64,000 nt of DNA from Candidatus Methanomethylophilaceae archaeon (GTDB lineage Archaea; Thermoplasmatota; Thermoplasmata; Methanomassiliicoccales; Methanomethylophilaceae): assembly GCA_944320495.1 (NCBI GenBank), contig CALUHR010000013.1, forward strand, positions 384,001 to 448,000, read 5' to 3'. Made by a program: the position numbers and the translations under genes. Positions 20,894 through 30,866 of the stretch are shown here, one piece after another (the stretch's first letter is position 1; the number at the start of each line of letters is the position of its first letter). Under the pieces are notes generated by a model. It searched no databases, was not told the origin of the DNA, and was given only the letters and a program-made list of their open reading frames with translations.

Positions 20894-21562
20894 TTAGATG
20901 ATGGGGATGCCGCAGATGGAGACGCTCTGCTCGGACATGTGCCTCTCCATCCTGTCGACCACCGCGGAGATGTCGCGCCTCTCATGCTCCAGGAGGGAGT
21001 CCACGAGCCTCACGACTATCTCCATCGCCTTCCTCACGTCGACCTTGTCGGGGTCGGACACCATCCTGTGGATGAACGCGGAGGTGACGCCGGTGAGGGC
21101 GTCCAGGACCATCAGGGGATGCTCGGTGTCCCTGAACTCGCCGGTCTCGTGCCAGGTCATGACGGTGTCGCTTATCCTGTCGCGGATGGCGCGCTTCTGG
21201 CTTATCAGAGACAGAAGCTCGGCGACACGGGGGGAGCGCTCGGAGAGGTAGAGCTCCATGCAGAGGACGTAGGACAGCCTGTCCGACCATTCGTAGTCGG
21301 GGTCGGTCTCCGGGGCCTGGTGGGCGACCTCGGCGAGGGCGATCATTATGATGTCCGAGAAGATCTCCTCCTTGCTCCTGTAGATGTTGTACAGGCTGCC
21401 ATTGAGGATGCCCACCCTCTGAAGGATCTGGCGGGTGGTGGTCTTCTCGTATCCCTGCTCGAGGAACAGCTTGACGGACTCCTCGAGGATGCGTTTCCGT
21501 ATCCCCTCCGTCTTCTCGCTGCGCTTCCTGCGAATCTCCAGGTGTGATTGGGTTCCGCTCAT
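20894..21562 (-). CDS. TetR/AcrR-family regulator
   Basis: ILEESVKLFLEQGYEKTTTRQI...GSLYNIYRSKEEIF. Divergent from the MMPL gene. Confidence 0.9.
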   Translation of the reverse strand: MSGTQSHLEIRRKRSEKTEGIRKRILEESVKLFLEQGYEKTTTRQILQRVGILNGSLYNIYRSKEEIFSDIIMIALAEVAHQAPETDPDYEWSDRLSYVLCMELYLSERSPRVAELLSLISQKRAIRDRISDTVMTWHETGEFRDTEHPLMVLDALTGVTSAFIHRMVSDPDKVDVRKAMEIVVRLVDSLLEHERRDISAVVDRMERHMSEQSVSICGIPII

Positions 21563-21671
21563 GCTCGTTCCGTTCTTCCCTTCGGGATCATGACTCCACT
21601 GCTCACACATCTCTTAAACTTTGACAGTCGGCCCTTCGTCCCGGGGAGAAGCTTCGTCTCCGCTCGAAATA

Positions 21672-21717
21672 TGAGCATGCTCAAATTTATAAAGGATGGA
21701 TTTTGAGCATGTTCAAA
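21672..21717. promoter_or_regulatory. Two palindromic operators flanking a TATA box (probable TetR sites)
   Basis: TGAGCATGCTCA at 21672-21683 and TTTGAGCATGTTCAAA at 21702-21717, either side of TTTATAAA at 21686-21693. Confidence 0.7.
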
Positions 21718-21718
21718 G

Positions 21719-24403
21719 GTGAATCTCGTGTTCGAGAGATACGCTCAACAGGTCCAGAGGCATCCAAAGGCGATCATCGCCGTATGGGTTGTCGCTCTGA
21801 TCGTGGCGCTGCCCTTCGCGGCGCAGATCGGGGATGTCCTGGCCTACGACATGACGTCCATGGGCGGACTGGACTCCGAGTCCTCGGAGGGCCAGGAGAT
21901 CGTGGACAGCTGCTTCGAAGGTTCGATAGGCACCGACACGGTGCTCGTGATCCCGTACGATGACCAGGACGCGCTGGTCCGCATACAGGCGGGTCTGCTG
22001 GAATCCGGCATCCTGTCGGATTCCCTCTACGACAGGTTCGGCGACGACGTGTCGTACGGCACGATGGGGGCGTTCGGCCGCGAGGGCTCCGAGGGAGGGG
22101 TCCTCATCCTCAGCTTCGCGTTCGATGACGGTATGTCCGCCATAGACGAGATCGGGAACCTGAGGTCGGCGGTGGCCGACGCGGTGTCCGAGGCCGGACT
22201 GGACGTCAGGACATACGTGACCGGGTCGATACCGATCGCGTACGACACGCTGGAGAGCGCCGATGCGGATATCGCGAAGATCGACCCCCTGTCGATCCTG
22301 ATAATCCTGGTGCTCCTGGGCCTGTTCTTCTGGACCCTGGTCACGGCTCTCGTGCCCCCGATAGTGGTGGGCACCGCGTACGGCACGGTCCTCGCGCTAG
22401 TCTTCGCGCTCGGACAGTTCCTGGACATATTCTACATAACGAAGACCATAGTGCTCGTCTCGATGCTCGGGGCGGGCGTCGACTACTCCATCTTCATCAT
22501 AGCCAGATACAGGGAGGAGCGCAACTACCATTCCAGGAGCAAGGAGGAGGCGCTCACAGAGGCCATCAAGTGGGCCGGGGAGTCGGTGCTCACGTCGGGA
22601 CTCGCCGTGATCATAGGATTCGCGATCATGTCCCTGTGCTCCTTCAGCCTGGTCTCGACCATGGCCATATCGCTCGCGCTGGGCATCGTGGTCGCGATGC
22701 TCGCGGCGCTCACGCTCATACCCGCCATACTGGCGCTCTGCGGGGACAGGATCTTCTGGCCCAGGAGGATCGAGGATTACACCGGTCAGAGCAGGATGCG
22801 CCACGGGGTCTACGGGAGGATGGTCTCGGCATCCAGGAGGTACTTCTCCTGGGCCGGCAGGTTCTCCACCAAGCACGCCTGGTCCATCGTGGCCGTGGCC
22901 ATACTCATCACCGCCCCCCTCGGATATGTGGCGATCACATCCGAGGACTCCTTCGACATGATCAGCGTCATGCCCGACTCCGAGGCGAAGGAGGGCGTGG
23001 ACGCGCTGACCTCCGCGACCGACGGCGGGTACCTCATGCCCACGTACGTCCTGATCGAGACGGACCAGCCCGTGGCCGTCATCGGTGACCTGGGCAACGG
23101 CGTCCGTACGCTGACATGGACCGATGCCGGTCTGGAGTACGTCTCGGCCCTCCAGTCCGGGCTGATAGGATCGTCGCTGACCGGCGGCAGCCTCGGCGCC
23201 CTGCAGGCTTCGGACGACAACATCTCGCTGGCCATGGGGCCGACCCCCTGGGCCTATCTGTACTCGACGGTGGAATCGGTCGTGTCCGGCCAGGTGTACC
23301 AGCAGGCCTACGCCCAGGCGTACGAGGCCGCGTTCCAGCAGGCCGTCGGGGCCGGGATGGACGAGGATTCCGCCGCGACGGCCGCGGACGCGGCGGCGAA
23401 GGAGGTAGCCGAGGGATACGTGACCGGATACGTCACGCCCGAGGTCGTGAACCATGCGATCATCGAACAGGCGGGTCTCCCGGACATGGTGACCGCTCCT
23501 CTGGCACGGTTCTTCGACGCCTACGGCGCCTGGGGTCTCGCCCCGTCGGATGTGTTGTCCCCGGCCGTGCCGGTGACCGTCGCCAGCCTCATCGACTACC
23601 AGCTGAACGTCTCCACCGGCCTGGTGTCATACGATTCGGCGGATCCGTCCGCGGGCACCGGCGGCATGTACATGCGCATCATGGTCATCGTGAGCGACGA
23701 GCCCATGTCGCAGAGGTCGATGGACTCCATCGCCAGCGCGAGGGAGGTCATGGCCCAGTTCGCCGAGGATAACGGCTGGGTCGCGGGCACATGGGTGCTC
23801 GGTACCGGCGCGGTGCTCTACGACATCTCCGACGTCGTCGACTCGGAGTTCCACTGGATCGAGCTGGGCGTCGTGATACTGATCTACATCCTGCTGCTGT
23901 TCGTCCTCGGTGTGTACTTCACGCCGATAAGGTCGCTCATGACCATCCTGATGAGCGTCGTCTGGACTCTGGGGGCGCTGCATCTGGTTTTCGCGGAGAT
24001 GCTAGGCGTGGACGTGATATGGGTCGTGCCAATCGTGCTCTTCGTAATCTGTCTCGGGCTCGGGATGGACTACGACATCCTGCTGACCACCCGCATAAGG
24101 GAGGGCAAGCTCAAGGGCATGTCCAACGACGAGGCGATCCAGAACGCCGTCTCCTGGGCCGGATCCGTCATAACGCTCTGCGGCCTGGTCATGGGCGGCA
24201 CGTTCCTGACGCTGCTGACATCTGGATCCAGCATGCTGCAGGAGGTCGGATTCGCGCTGGGCTTCGCGATCCTGGTGGATGCGCTGTTCGTCGTCCCGTA
24301 CGTGGTGCCGGCGCTGATGCACCTGATGGGCGACTGGAGCTGGAAGGGACCGAGGTTCCTGGCCGGACGCAGGGACCCTGTCGCGAAGGACGAGGAGTCC
24401 TGA
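21719..24403 (+). CDS. MMPL/RND-family membrane transporter
   Basis: Two-repeat topology, GAGVDYSIFIIARYREE and GLGMDYDILLTTRIRE motifs. Confidence 0.92.
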   Translation: MNLVFERYAQQVQRHPKAIIAVWVVALIVALPFAAQIGDVLAYDMTSMGGLDSESSEGQEIVDSCFEGSIGTDTVLVIPYDDQDALVRIQAGLLESGILSDSLYDRFGDDVSYGTMGAFGREGSEGGVLILSFAFDDGMSAIDEIGNLRSAVADAVSEAGLDVRTYVTGSIPIAYDTLESADADIAKIDPLSILIILVLLGLFFWTLVTALVPPIVVGTAYGTVLALVFALGQFLDIFYITKTIVLVSMLGAGVDYSIFIIARYREERNYHSRSKEEALTEAIKWAGESVLTSGLAVIIGFAIMSLCSFSLVSTMAISLALGIVVAMLAALTLIPAILALCGDRIFWPRRIEDYTGQSRMRHGVYGRMVSASRRYFSWAGRFSTKHAWSIVAVAILITAPLGYVAITSEDSFDMISVMPDSEAKEGVDALTSATDGGYLMPTYVLIETDQPVAVIGDLGNGVRTLTWTDAGLEYVSALQSGLIGSSLTGGSLGALQASDDNISLAMGPTPWAYLYSTVESVVSGQVYQQAYAQAYEAAFQQAVGAGMDEDSAATAADAAAKEVAEGYVTGYVTPEVVNHAIIEQAGLPDMVTAPLARFFDAYGAWGLAPSDVLSPAVPVTVASLIDYQLNVSTGLVSYDSADPSAGTGGMYMRIMVIVSDEPMSQRSMDSIASAREVMAQFAEDNGWVAGTWVLGTGAVLYDISDVVDSEFHWIELGVVILIYILLLFVLGVYFTPIRSLMTILMSVVWTLGALHLVFAEMLGVDVIWVVPIVLFVICLGLGMDYDILLTTRIREGKLKGMSNDEAIQNAVSWAGSVITLCGLVMGGTFLTLLTSGSSMLQEVGFALGFAILVDALFVVPYVVPALMHLMGDWSWKGPRFLAGRRDPVAKDEES

Positions 24404-24528
24404 AGAAACGGGCATCGCCAGATGCCATTCAGGAGGGTGTGCTCCCAGGCCGGTCGCCGGGCGGCGCGCCCTCCATCTTTCCGATGAAAATGTTTATAAG
24501 TAAGTCCTCATTACGCCGACTTACAACT

Positions 24529-24603
24529 GCCGCCGTGGCTAAGGGGTATAGCGACGCCTTGGTAAGGCGTAGGTCGTGGGTTCGATTCCCATCGGCGGCT
24601 CCA
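24529..24603 (+). tRNA. tRNA-Thr(GGT)
   Basis: GCCGCCG/CGGCGGC acceptor, ACGCC-TTGGTAA-GGCGT anticodon arm, encoded CCA. Confidence 0.95.
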
Positions 24604-24821
24604 TCCATTCTCATACCCTGTCATTCGTGGCCGAGAGGTTTCGTTTCTGTTCACATCGCTCAGGGCATCGGACGGATGCGGCAGCGACATCGGATTCCGG
24701 GGCGGACACGGGCCCGTTCCCAGAGTTCGTGCCGAGGACAATCGGGGGCGCTGTCCGCGATAGGCCCGGGTCAGAAAGATGGAAGGTGCCGGGCGTATGC
24801 CCAGACGCCCCATACGGTGTT

Positions 24822-26024
24822 TCAGTCCATCTGGTAGATTACGAACCCGGACCAGATCTTCGGGAAGAAGAACGTGGTCTTCTTGGGCATGCGCTTGCCC
24901 TTCATCGAGAGTTCCCAGATGGTGTCGAGGCTCGGGGGGTTGAGCAGGACGGCTGCATCGAACTCGCCGGCATCCATGCGCCTCATCACGTCGTCGGCCT
25001 CCGCGTCGTAGGAGACGTCCGCCTTGCCCTCGTCGCTCTTGTAGACCCCGTACAGGATCCTCTGCTGGACGGCGTAGGTGTCGAGGCTCATCATCTCGTT
25101 CCCGCCGTCATCGTCGAGGTCGGCGAGCAGGCACTTGCCGGACCTGAAGCGGATGCCCATCATGTGGCCGGGGAGGCGGTCCAGGAGCTCCTCGACGGGC
25201 ACCTCCTCGGTCCTGAACGCGGCCGAGACGCCCTTGATGGCGTTCTTCTCGGAGATGTTCCCCGACTTGATCAGGCGGTGGGTCGGCCAGATCACCAGAC
25301 CCTTGTCGTCCGCCGGGACGAGGGTGGCCAGAACGTACTGGCGCTTCTCGTCGTCCGGGTTCTCGCGGGCGTAGTTGAGGGCGGTCTCGTAGCGGTGGTG
25401 GCCGTCCGCGATGAGCATCCTCTGATCCTTGAGCTCGGATGTGATGGCGGCGGTTATCTCTGGGTCCGAGAGCCTGTAGTACCTGTGCTCCACACCGTCG
25501 GAGTCGACGTAGCGGTAGACGAGGCGCTCGTTGTCCCTGATCCTCCTGGAGAGCTCCGGGGTCAGCCCGTTGAATATGCCGAAGATGGACTCCAGGTGGC
25601 AGCCCATGTCCCTGAGGAGGTTGAGGCGGTCGGCCTTGACCTTGGAGAAGGTCTCCTCGTGGGGGATTATGTTGCCCTCCCCGTAGTCCTCGGTCCTGAG
25701 GATCCCGACGATCCCTCTGCGGACGCGCTGCTCGCCGTGGTCGTCGAAGGTCTGCTCGTAGATGTAGAAGGACGGCTCGTCCCTCTTGAGCTCGTTGTCG
25801 GCGATCCACTGATCGAGCTCGGCCTTGGAACCGTGGTACCTCTTGTCGGCGTCGGGGTTGAGCGTCAGCCTGGTGATGTTGTGCGGTTTGGACTGAAGTT
25901 CCTTGAGGTAATCGGGTCCGATCACGTCATAGGGCGGCGAGATGCGGTCACCGATGTGCTCTCCTGCTTTCAGGTTGGGTCTGAGACCCTCGAACGGGAG
26001 GAAATCCACCATCTTGATCCTCAT
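24822..26024 (-). CDS. DUF1015-family protein
   Basis: SPPYDVI, IIPHEET, IADGHHRYETA, IWPTHRL, MPKKTTFFFPK. Confidence 0.9.
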   Translation of the reverse strand: MRIKMVDFLPFEGLRPNLKAGEHIGDRISPPYDVIGPDYLKELQSKPHNITRLTLNPDADKRYHGSKAELDQWIADNELKRDEPSFYIYEQTFDDHGEQRVRRGIVGILRTEDYGEGNIIPHEETFSKVKADRLNLLRDMGCHLESIFGIFNGLTPELSRRIRDNERLVYRYVDSDGVEHRYYRLSDPEITAAITSELKDQRMLIADGHHRYETALNYARENPDDEKRQYVLATLVPADDKGLVIWPTHRLIKSGNISEKNAIKGVSAAFRTEEVPVEELLDRLPGHMMGIRFRSGKCLLADLDDDGGNEMMSLDTYAVQQRILYGVYKSDEGKADVSYDAEADDVMRRMDAGEFDAAVLLNPPSLDTIWELSMKGKRMPKKTTFFFPKIWSGFVIYQMD

Positions 26025-26103
26025 GGTTCCGCATGTCCACGGAATATAAGAGGGGTTCGAGAAGGGGAAGGGGGACCCGCTGGGGAGAGGATCCGTTTTC
26101 CGA

Positions 26104-26454
26104 TTATTCGGATTCGAGGTTCGGATCCCCAATCATGATTAGAGGTCTGATCTCCAGACTGTAGTACAGTATGTGCCAGATTGCCACCCCGAAGAGGAAT
26201 CCCGCCACGGTGCCCGCGACGACGAAGGTCGGATTGTAGGTCTCCATGATCCACCAGTATGCCGCAGTTATGATGACCGCCGGTATCGCATAGGCGATGC
26301 AGCGGATCAGCCTCTTCTGGTCGGACCATATCTCTGATCCGTCAATCCCGATAATGCCCAGTTTCCTGTTGCATCTGCTGACCAGGATGAATGCTATCAC
26401 CAAGGTGATGAGTGGTGGAATTAGACACAGGGTGGTGGGATGCATTTTCACCAT
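26104..26454 (-). CDS. Small hypothetical membrane protein (lower GC)
   Basis: Three hydrophobic helices. The start is uncertain (26454 or 26445). Confidence 0.55.
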   Translation of the reverse strand: MVKMHPTTLCLIPPLITLVIAFILVSRCNRKLGIIGIDGSEIWSDQKRLIRCIAYAIPAVIITAAYWWIMETYNPTFVVAGTVAGFLFGVAIWHILYYSLEIRPLIMIGDPNLESE

Positions 26455-26674
26455 TCTTCTACTTCGTAACCGTTGGGTACGGTATGCCAAACAACCCACG
26501 TTTCGTAGACCGCATAGTTCTTGCAATCAGCAATCAGTTTTCCGTACATTCAACCCTCCCGACCGTTAGGTCGAAAAATGAATCGTTCGAAGCTCAATAT
26601 TTAAAGATTATATTCGAAAATTATGAAAAATTAAAATGTAGTCACACAGCCATCATATGATTCAAAGTGCTACA

Positions 26675-28144
26675 TCGCTCGGCGGAACCGAACAGATCCA
26701 TGACCCTCTTGGTATCCGGGGAAACATCGGAATGGAATCTGAATCCGTTGCTCACGATGGTCACATATCTCGAGGCCAGCGAGAACGCGTCATCAACTGT
26801 GAGTCTGGAGTCGCCGTCTTCGAGAATCTGGGCTATGGCGGTGCGTATGCCTGTTGACAGGAACATCAGGAACCTTTCCCATCCATGACTTCCTGATGAA
26901 TCGGCCGAGAAGATGCTGTCGATGAGTGCATGGGATTGCTTCAGAGTCATGCTCCTCAGATTAATGAGATCCATGGCATACTCCCATTGCTCTTCCGTGG
27001 TCAGTATCACCGATGATCCGATGCATCCGTCAATCTCTGATATCAGATGCGATGTCGCGGAGTCATTGTGCGGCAGATTGTTGTACCTCAGCATCCTAGA
27101 TACGCTGGATTCCGTGTATCCGATGCTCTTTGTCATGTTCCTGATGTGGCGGACCGGTTTTGTCAGGAACACATTAAAGGTGAACATGCAATCATCATTT
27201 CCTCTGCCACGGTCGACATATGTCCAAGCTCCGTTGTTCAGTCTTATCCCGAGACATCCTTGGTACACATCATGCTCTATTCCATGATGCTCAGCTTTGT
27301 GATATTCTGTGGCCATCATGCCCAGGGCTGAGCGCAGAGTGTCAGAGCATGTCCCGATTCTCATAGTCATCCTGTCTCCGTCCATGAGCATCCTGGCGAT
27401 CTCCGGGGGATTGTCCGAAATCTCGTCCAGGACCCTGACGAGTCTGACGTTCGTACCTGTCGCGATGGCCATGCGTCTCCACGCACCCGCGTTCATGCTC
27501 CTGCCGATGGTAGCGCCTGCGGCTATGGGGCGGCCCATGTCATCGGAGCAGAAAATCAGCGACACGTCGTCCGCATCGTGGTCCATCGGGCTCTTCATGG
27601 ATGCGTGTCTGAGTCCCCCGTTCCTGCCCGAGAGTCCGAAGACGATGACAGGGCCGTCGGATCCCTCGCGGATCGTCCATGCATACCTCTTGATCGATTC
27701 GTAGTCTATCTTCGATATTGCCCTTCTGATCAATCCAGCGGTGGATGCTGCATCGCCGAGGACCGGTTCGAGGTCCAAACCTCTGAGGAGACGGATACGG
27801 TCGGCACTAGGCAGGGGATTGATCGCATAGCAGATAGCCAATGCGAGCATCATGTCTCCGTCATCGCCGAAGACGCATCTGAGTGCATCCCTCATCCCGC
27901 ATCTCTCTGCTGCGTTGGAGGCAATCAGCACGCTTCCGCGATCGAGGGTGGAGAACCTTCCATCGGACAGCATGGAGCATGCCGCATCGATCGGCAGCGG
28001 TTTCACATCGACCATCCCGGTCTTCGGATCGAGGATGCCGATGTACTCCTTCATGCTCACAGGGTTCTTCCTACCAGGGACGCGTCTCGACTCCGTCCGG
28101 TAGACGTACGTCCTGCCGTTCCTTTCCACGTACACTATGGGCAT
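26675..28144 (-). mobile_element. IS1634-like transposase-derived ORF (degenerate)
   Basis: The N-terminus RNGRTYVYRTESRRVPGRKNPVSMKEYIGILDPKTG matches the IS1634 pattern. Lower GC, no clear DDE motifs, no terminal repeats seen. CGA at 26675; standard-code TGA at 26642. Confidence 0.65.
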
Positions 28145-28179
28145 GATGCGGGAGAGCGGTCGGGGATCGGGCCCCCGGA

Positions 28180-29226
28180 TCAGCAGATTCTGGGCACGGG
28201 GTCGCCCGCGGGCGGCTCCAGGATGCGCCTGCCACCGACCTCGGTCCTGAGGACGACCCTCTCCGGTCCGTCCACGGCATGGCCGATGATGGCCGCATCC
28301 TTGCCCTCGGGGGTGGACCTGATGGCCTTGAGCACCTCGTCCGCCATCTCCGGCACGACGCCAATCACGCATTTCCCTTCGTTGCCAATCGCCAGCGGGT
28401 CTATTCCCAGCAGTTCGCATGCGTTGACGACACCGTCCCTCAGAGGGATGGATGGGTAGTCGATCTCCATGCCGACGTGGGACTTGGAGCACCACTCGTT
28501 GAGGGTGTTCGCCAGACCTCCCCTGGTCGGGTCCTTCATGGCCACTATGCCCCCCGCGGTCAGTCCCTTGGCGATCATCTTGTTCAGCGGTGCAACGTCG
28601 CTCTGGACCTCGCTGTCGAAGCCGTAGCCCTCGCGGAAGGAGAGCAGCGCGATGCCGTGGTCGCCGACGTATCCGGACACGATGATGGCGTCGCCGGGCC
28701 TGACGTTGGAGTCGGTGCACCAGCGGTGGTCCACCTTCCTGTACTCCGCGGCCTTGGCCAGGTCGCTGTCCAGAAGGTCGGATCTCTTTCCGACGGCGGC
28801 GGTGGACATGACCATCTGCTCCACTGCGCCTGCCTCCACGACCTTGGTGTCGCCGGTCGCTATGGGCACTCCCGCGCCCTCGGCGGTCCTGCCCATGGAG
28901 TCCATGACCCTGTCGACGATGTCGACGTCCAGCCCCTCCTCCATTATGACGGAGCAGGCCAGAGCGAGGGGGGTGGCCCCCATGACGGATATGTCGTTCA
29001 CGGTGCCAGCCACGGAGATCTTGCCGATGTCCCCTCCGGGGAAGAACAGCGGCTTCACGGTGTGCCCGTCGATGGTGAAGACGATGTCGTCCACGACGGC
29101 GGAGTCGTCCATGGAGTCGAGGGGGACCTCGGCGTCCATCTTCGGGAAGTGCTTCGTGATGTGGTCGGAGAGGAACTGCTGCATGAGCTCCCCGCCGGCT
29201 CCGTGGTTGAGAATCACCTTGGGCAT
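28180..29226 (-). CDS. hypE: Hydrogenase maturation protein HypE
   Basis: HGAGG, FFPGGDIG, GDTKVV, MKDPTRGG, ANEG-like NEGK, C-terminal PRIC. Confidence 0.96.
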   Translation of the reverse strand: MPKVILNHGAGGELMQQFLSDHITKHFPKMDAEVPLDSMDDSAVVDDIVFTIDGHTVKPLFFPGGDIGKISVAGTVNDISVMGATPLALACSVIMEEGLDVDIVDRVMDSMGRTAEGAGVPIATGDTKVVEAGAVEQMVMSTAAVGKRSDLLDSDLAKAAEYRKVDHRWCTDSNVRPGDAIIVSGYVGDHGIALLSFREGYGFDSEVQSDVAPLNKMIAKGLTAGGIVAMKDPTRGGLANTLNEWCSKSHVGMEIDYPSIPLRDGVVNACELLGIDPLAIGNEGKCVIGVVPEMADEVLKAIRSTPEGKDAAIIGHAVDGPERVVLRTEVGGRRILEPPAGDPVPRIC

Positions 29227-29316
29227 GGGACGGTGGATTCGGGAGACGGCATATACTGGTTTCCCAGGGGACCTTGAGGCAATCCGTTAATTATGTGGTA
29301 GATAATCGAGACGGCG

Positions 29317-29388
29317 GGCCCTGTGGGGTAGCGGATATCCCGTCAGATTTCGGCACTGACAATCCGGGTTCGATTCCCGGCAGGGCCG
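29317..29388 (+). tRNA. tRNA-Arg(TCG), structurally atypical
   Basis: GGCCCTG/CAGGGCC acceptor, loop TTTCGGC, canonical T-arm, A20 present. It has an A31-A39 mismatch and G15-U48. CCA is not encoded. Confidence 0.85.
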
Positions 29389-29397
29389 CCTGTTTCT

Positions 29398-29895
29398 TCA
29401 TTCGCCGGTGTACTTGCCGACGGTCTTGCAGTGGGCGAGCACGTGCCCGTCCATGGCGAAGTACAGGTCGTTGAGCCTGAAGCCGCTGGGCAGTCCGAGC
29501 TCGGTGTCGAGTGCGTAGACCTTCAGGGTGTACCTATGCATCCCGTTGGGCGGGGCCATGCCGCCGTATCCGGTGGCCTGCTCCCTCGTCAGTCCTCCGA
29601 GCGCGCTGAACCAGCTGTTGGAGCCCTCGGTGAATCCGGCGCCGGTGCGGGTGGCCCCCTCGGCGACCTCCGTCTCCTTGAGATCGCAGATGAGCCAGTG
29701 GACCCAGAGGAACCCGGCTGCGGAGACGGCGTCGTAGTCGTCGAGGATGACGGCGAAGCTCTTCGTGCCCTCGGGGGCGTCCTCGATCCTGAACCCGGGG
29801 GAGATCCCGGGCATGCCGTTGTGGTCGGCGGAGCCCTTGCATCCGTACTCGTTGCCGAACCATCCGTCCCTGATGGCGCTGCAGACGACCCTCAT
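29398..29895 (-). CDS. YbhB/YbcL (PEBP) family protein
   Basis: DDYDA...WVHWLI, EGSNSW, YGGMAPP, HRYTLKVYALD. Confidence 0.92.
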   Translation of the reverse strand: MRVVCSAIRDGWFGNEYGCKGSADHNGMPGISPGFRIEDAPEGTKSFAVILDDYDAVSAAGFLWVHWLICDLKETEVAEGATRTGAGFTEGSNSWFSALGGLTREQATGYGGMAPPNGMHRYTLKVYALDTELGLPSGFRLNDLYFAMDGHVLAHCKTVGKYTGE

Positions 29896-29896
29896 C

Positions 29897-30421
29897 TCAG
29901 GCGCCCTCGTAGATGATCAGGGAGTCGACGTCGTATCCTTTGAGCTTGTCCCTTCCCTTGAGACCGGCGAGCTCCATGACGAACCCGATCTTGACGACCT
30001 TGCCGCCCTCGCGCTCGACCATCTTGATGATGGCCTCGGTGGTCCCGCCGGTGGCGATGAGGTCGTCGATGATGACGACGCGCTGACCAGGCTTGATGGC
30101 GTCCTTATGCATCTCCAGGGTGGCGGTGCCGTACTCGAGGTCGTAGTCCTCCGAGATGGTCTCCCTCGGGAGCTTCCCCTTCTTCCTCACGAGGATGAAC
30201 CCCTTGCCCATGGTGTATGCGACCGGGGTACCGAAGATGAATCCCCTGGACTCGGACCCCACCACGAGGTCGAAGTCGAGCCCCTTCATCATGTCGACGA
30301 GGCCGTCGATGGCCAGTTTGAGGCCTTCGGCGTCGCTCATTATCGTCGTGATGTCTCTGAATATGATTCCCGGTTTGGGGAAGTCCGGAATGCTGGTGAC
30401 GTAGTCCCTGAGCTCCTTCAT
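29897..30421 (-). CDS. apt: Adenine phosphoribosyltransferase
   Basis: [37 protein letters not shown]. Confidence 0.96.
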   Translation of the reverse strand: MKELRDYVTSIPDFPKPGIIFRDITTIMSDAEGLKLAIDGLVDMMKGLDFDLVVGSESRGFIFGTPVAYTMGKGFILVRKKGKLPRETISEDYDLEYGTATLEMHKDAIKPGQRVVIIDDLIATGGTTEAIIKMVEREGGKVVKIGFVMELAGLKGRDKLKGYDVDSLIIYEGA

Positions 30422-30866
30422 GAATATGTGAAGAATGATGCGGAATTAAGCTTTCGTAGAATCCAAGAAGACCCCTGAGAGGGTAAGGTGTTTGTCGCGG
30501 TCATCAGTCGAGTCTTGCGAATCGTCGTCGCGACAGGCACTGGAGATAAGTGTCGAACGACCGGGCTTTCTCAGTGCAGTCACTGTGACAATCCTCGCCG
30601 CAGATCCGGGTTACTTGACGTTTACCGATGCTTGCTTACCTCCTGAAAGTGATATGGTCGTTCGTGATATTTAAATCTATTCTTTAATGGATGCTGGATT
30701 CGAAGGATTATGCGGATAATGCGCTGAAATCGTATGATTATCAATGTAATCCGTAGTTGTTCTACGATTTTCGAAAAAGATGGATGCATGCTGGATGTTT
30801 ACGGGCCGCCGGCGCATCCGCTGGTCGGGAGAGGATGGGAAGCCCGGCCGGGGCCGGGTAAGGGGT

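Noticed and set aside
26560-28180. Terminal inverted repeats or target-site duplication around the transposase-like ORF
   Set aside because: None found by eye on either side, so no IS boundaries are claimed.
30422-30866. 445-nt AT-rich gap with a 60-aa ORF (30492-30674)
   Set aside because: No start context, non-host codon usage and no recognisable RNA fold. Probably promoter/terminator DNA or a remnant.
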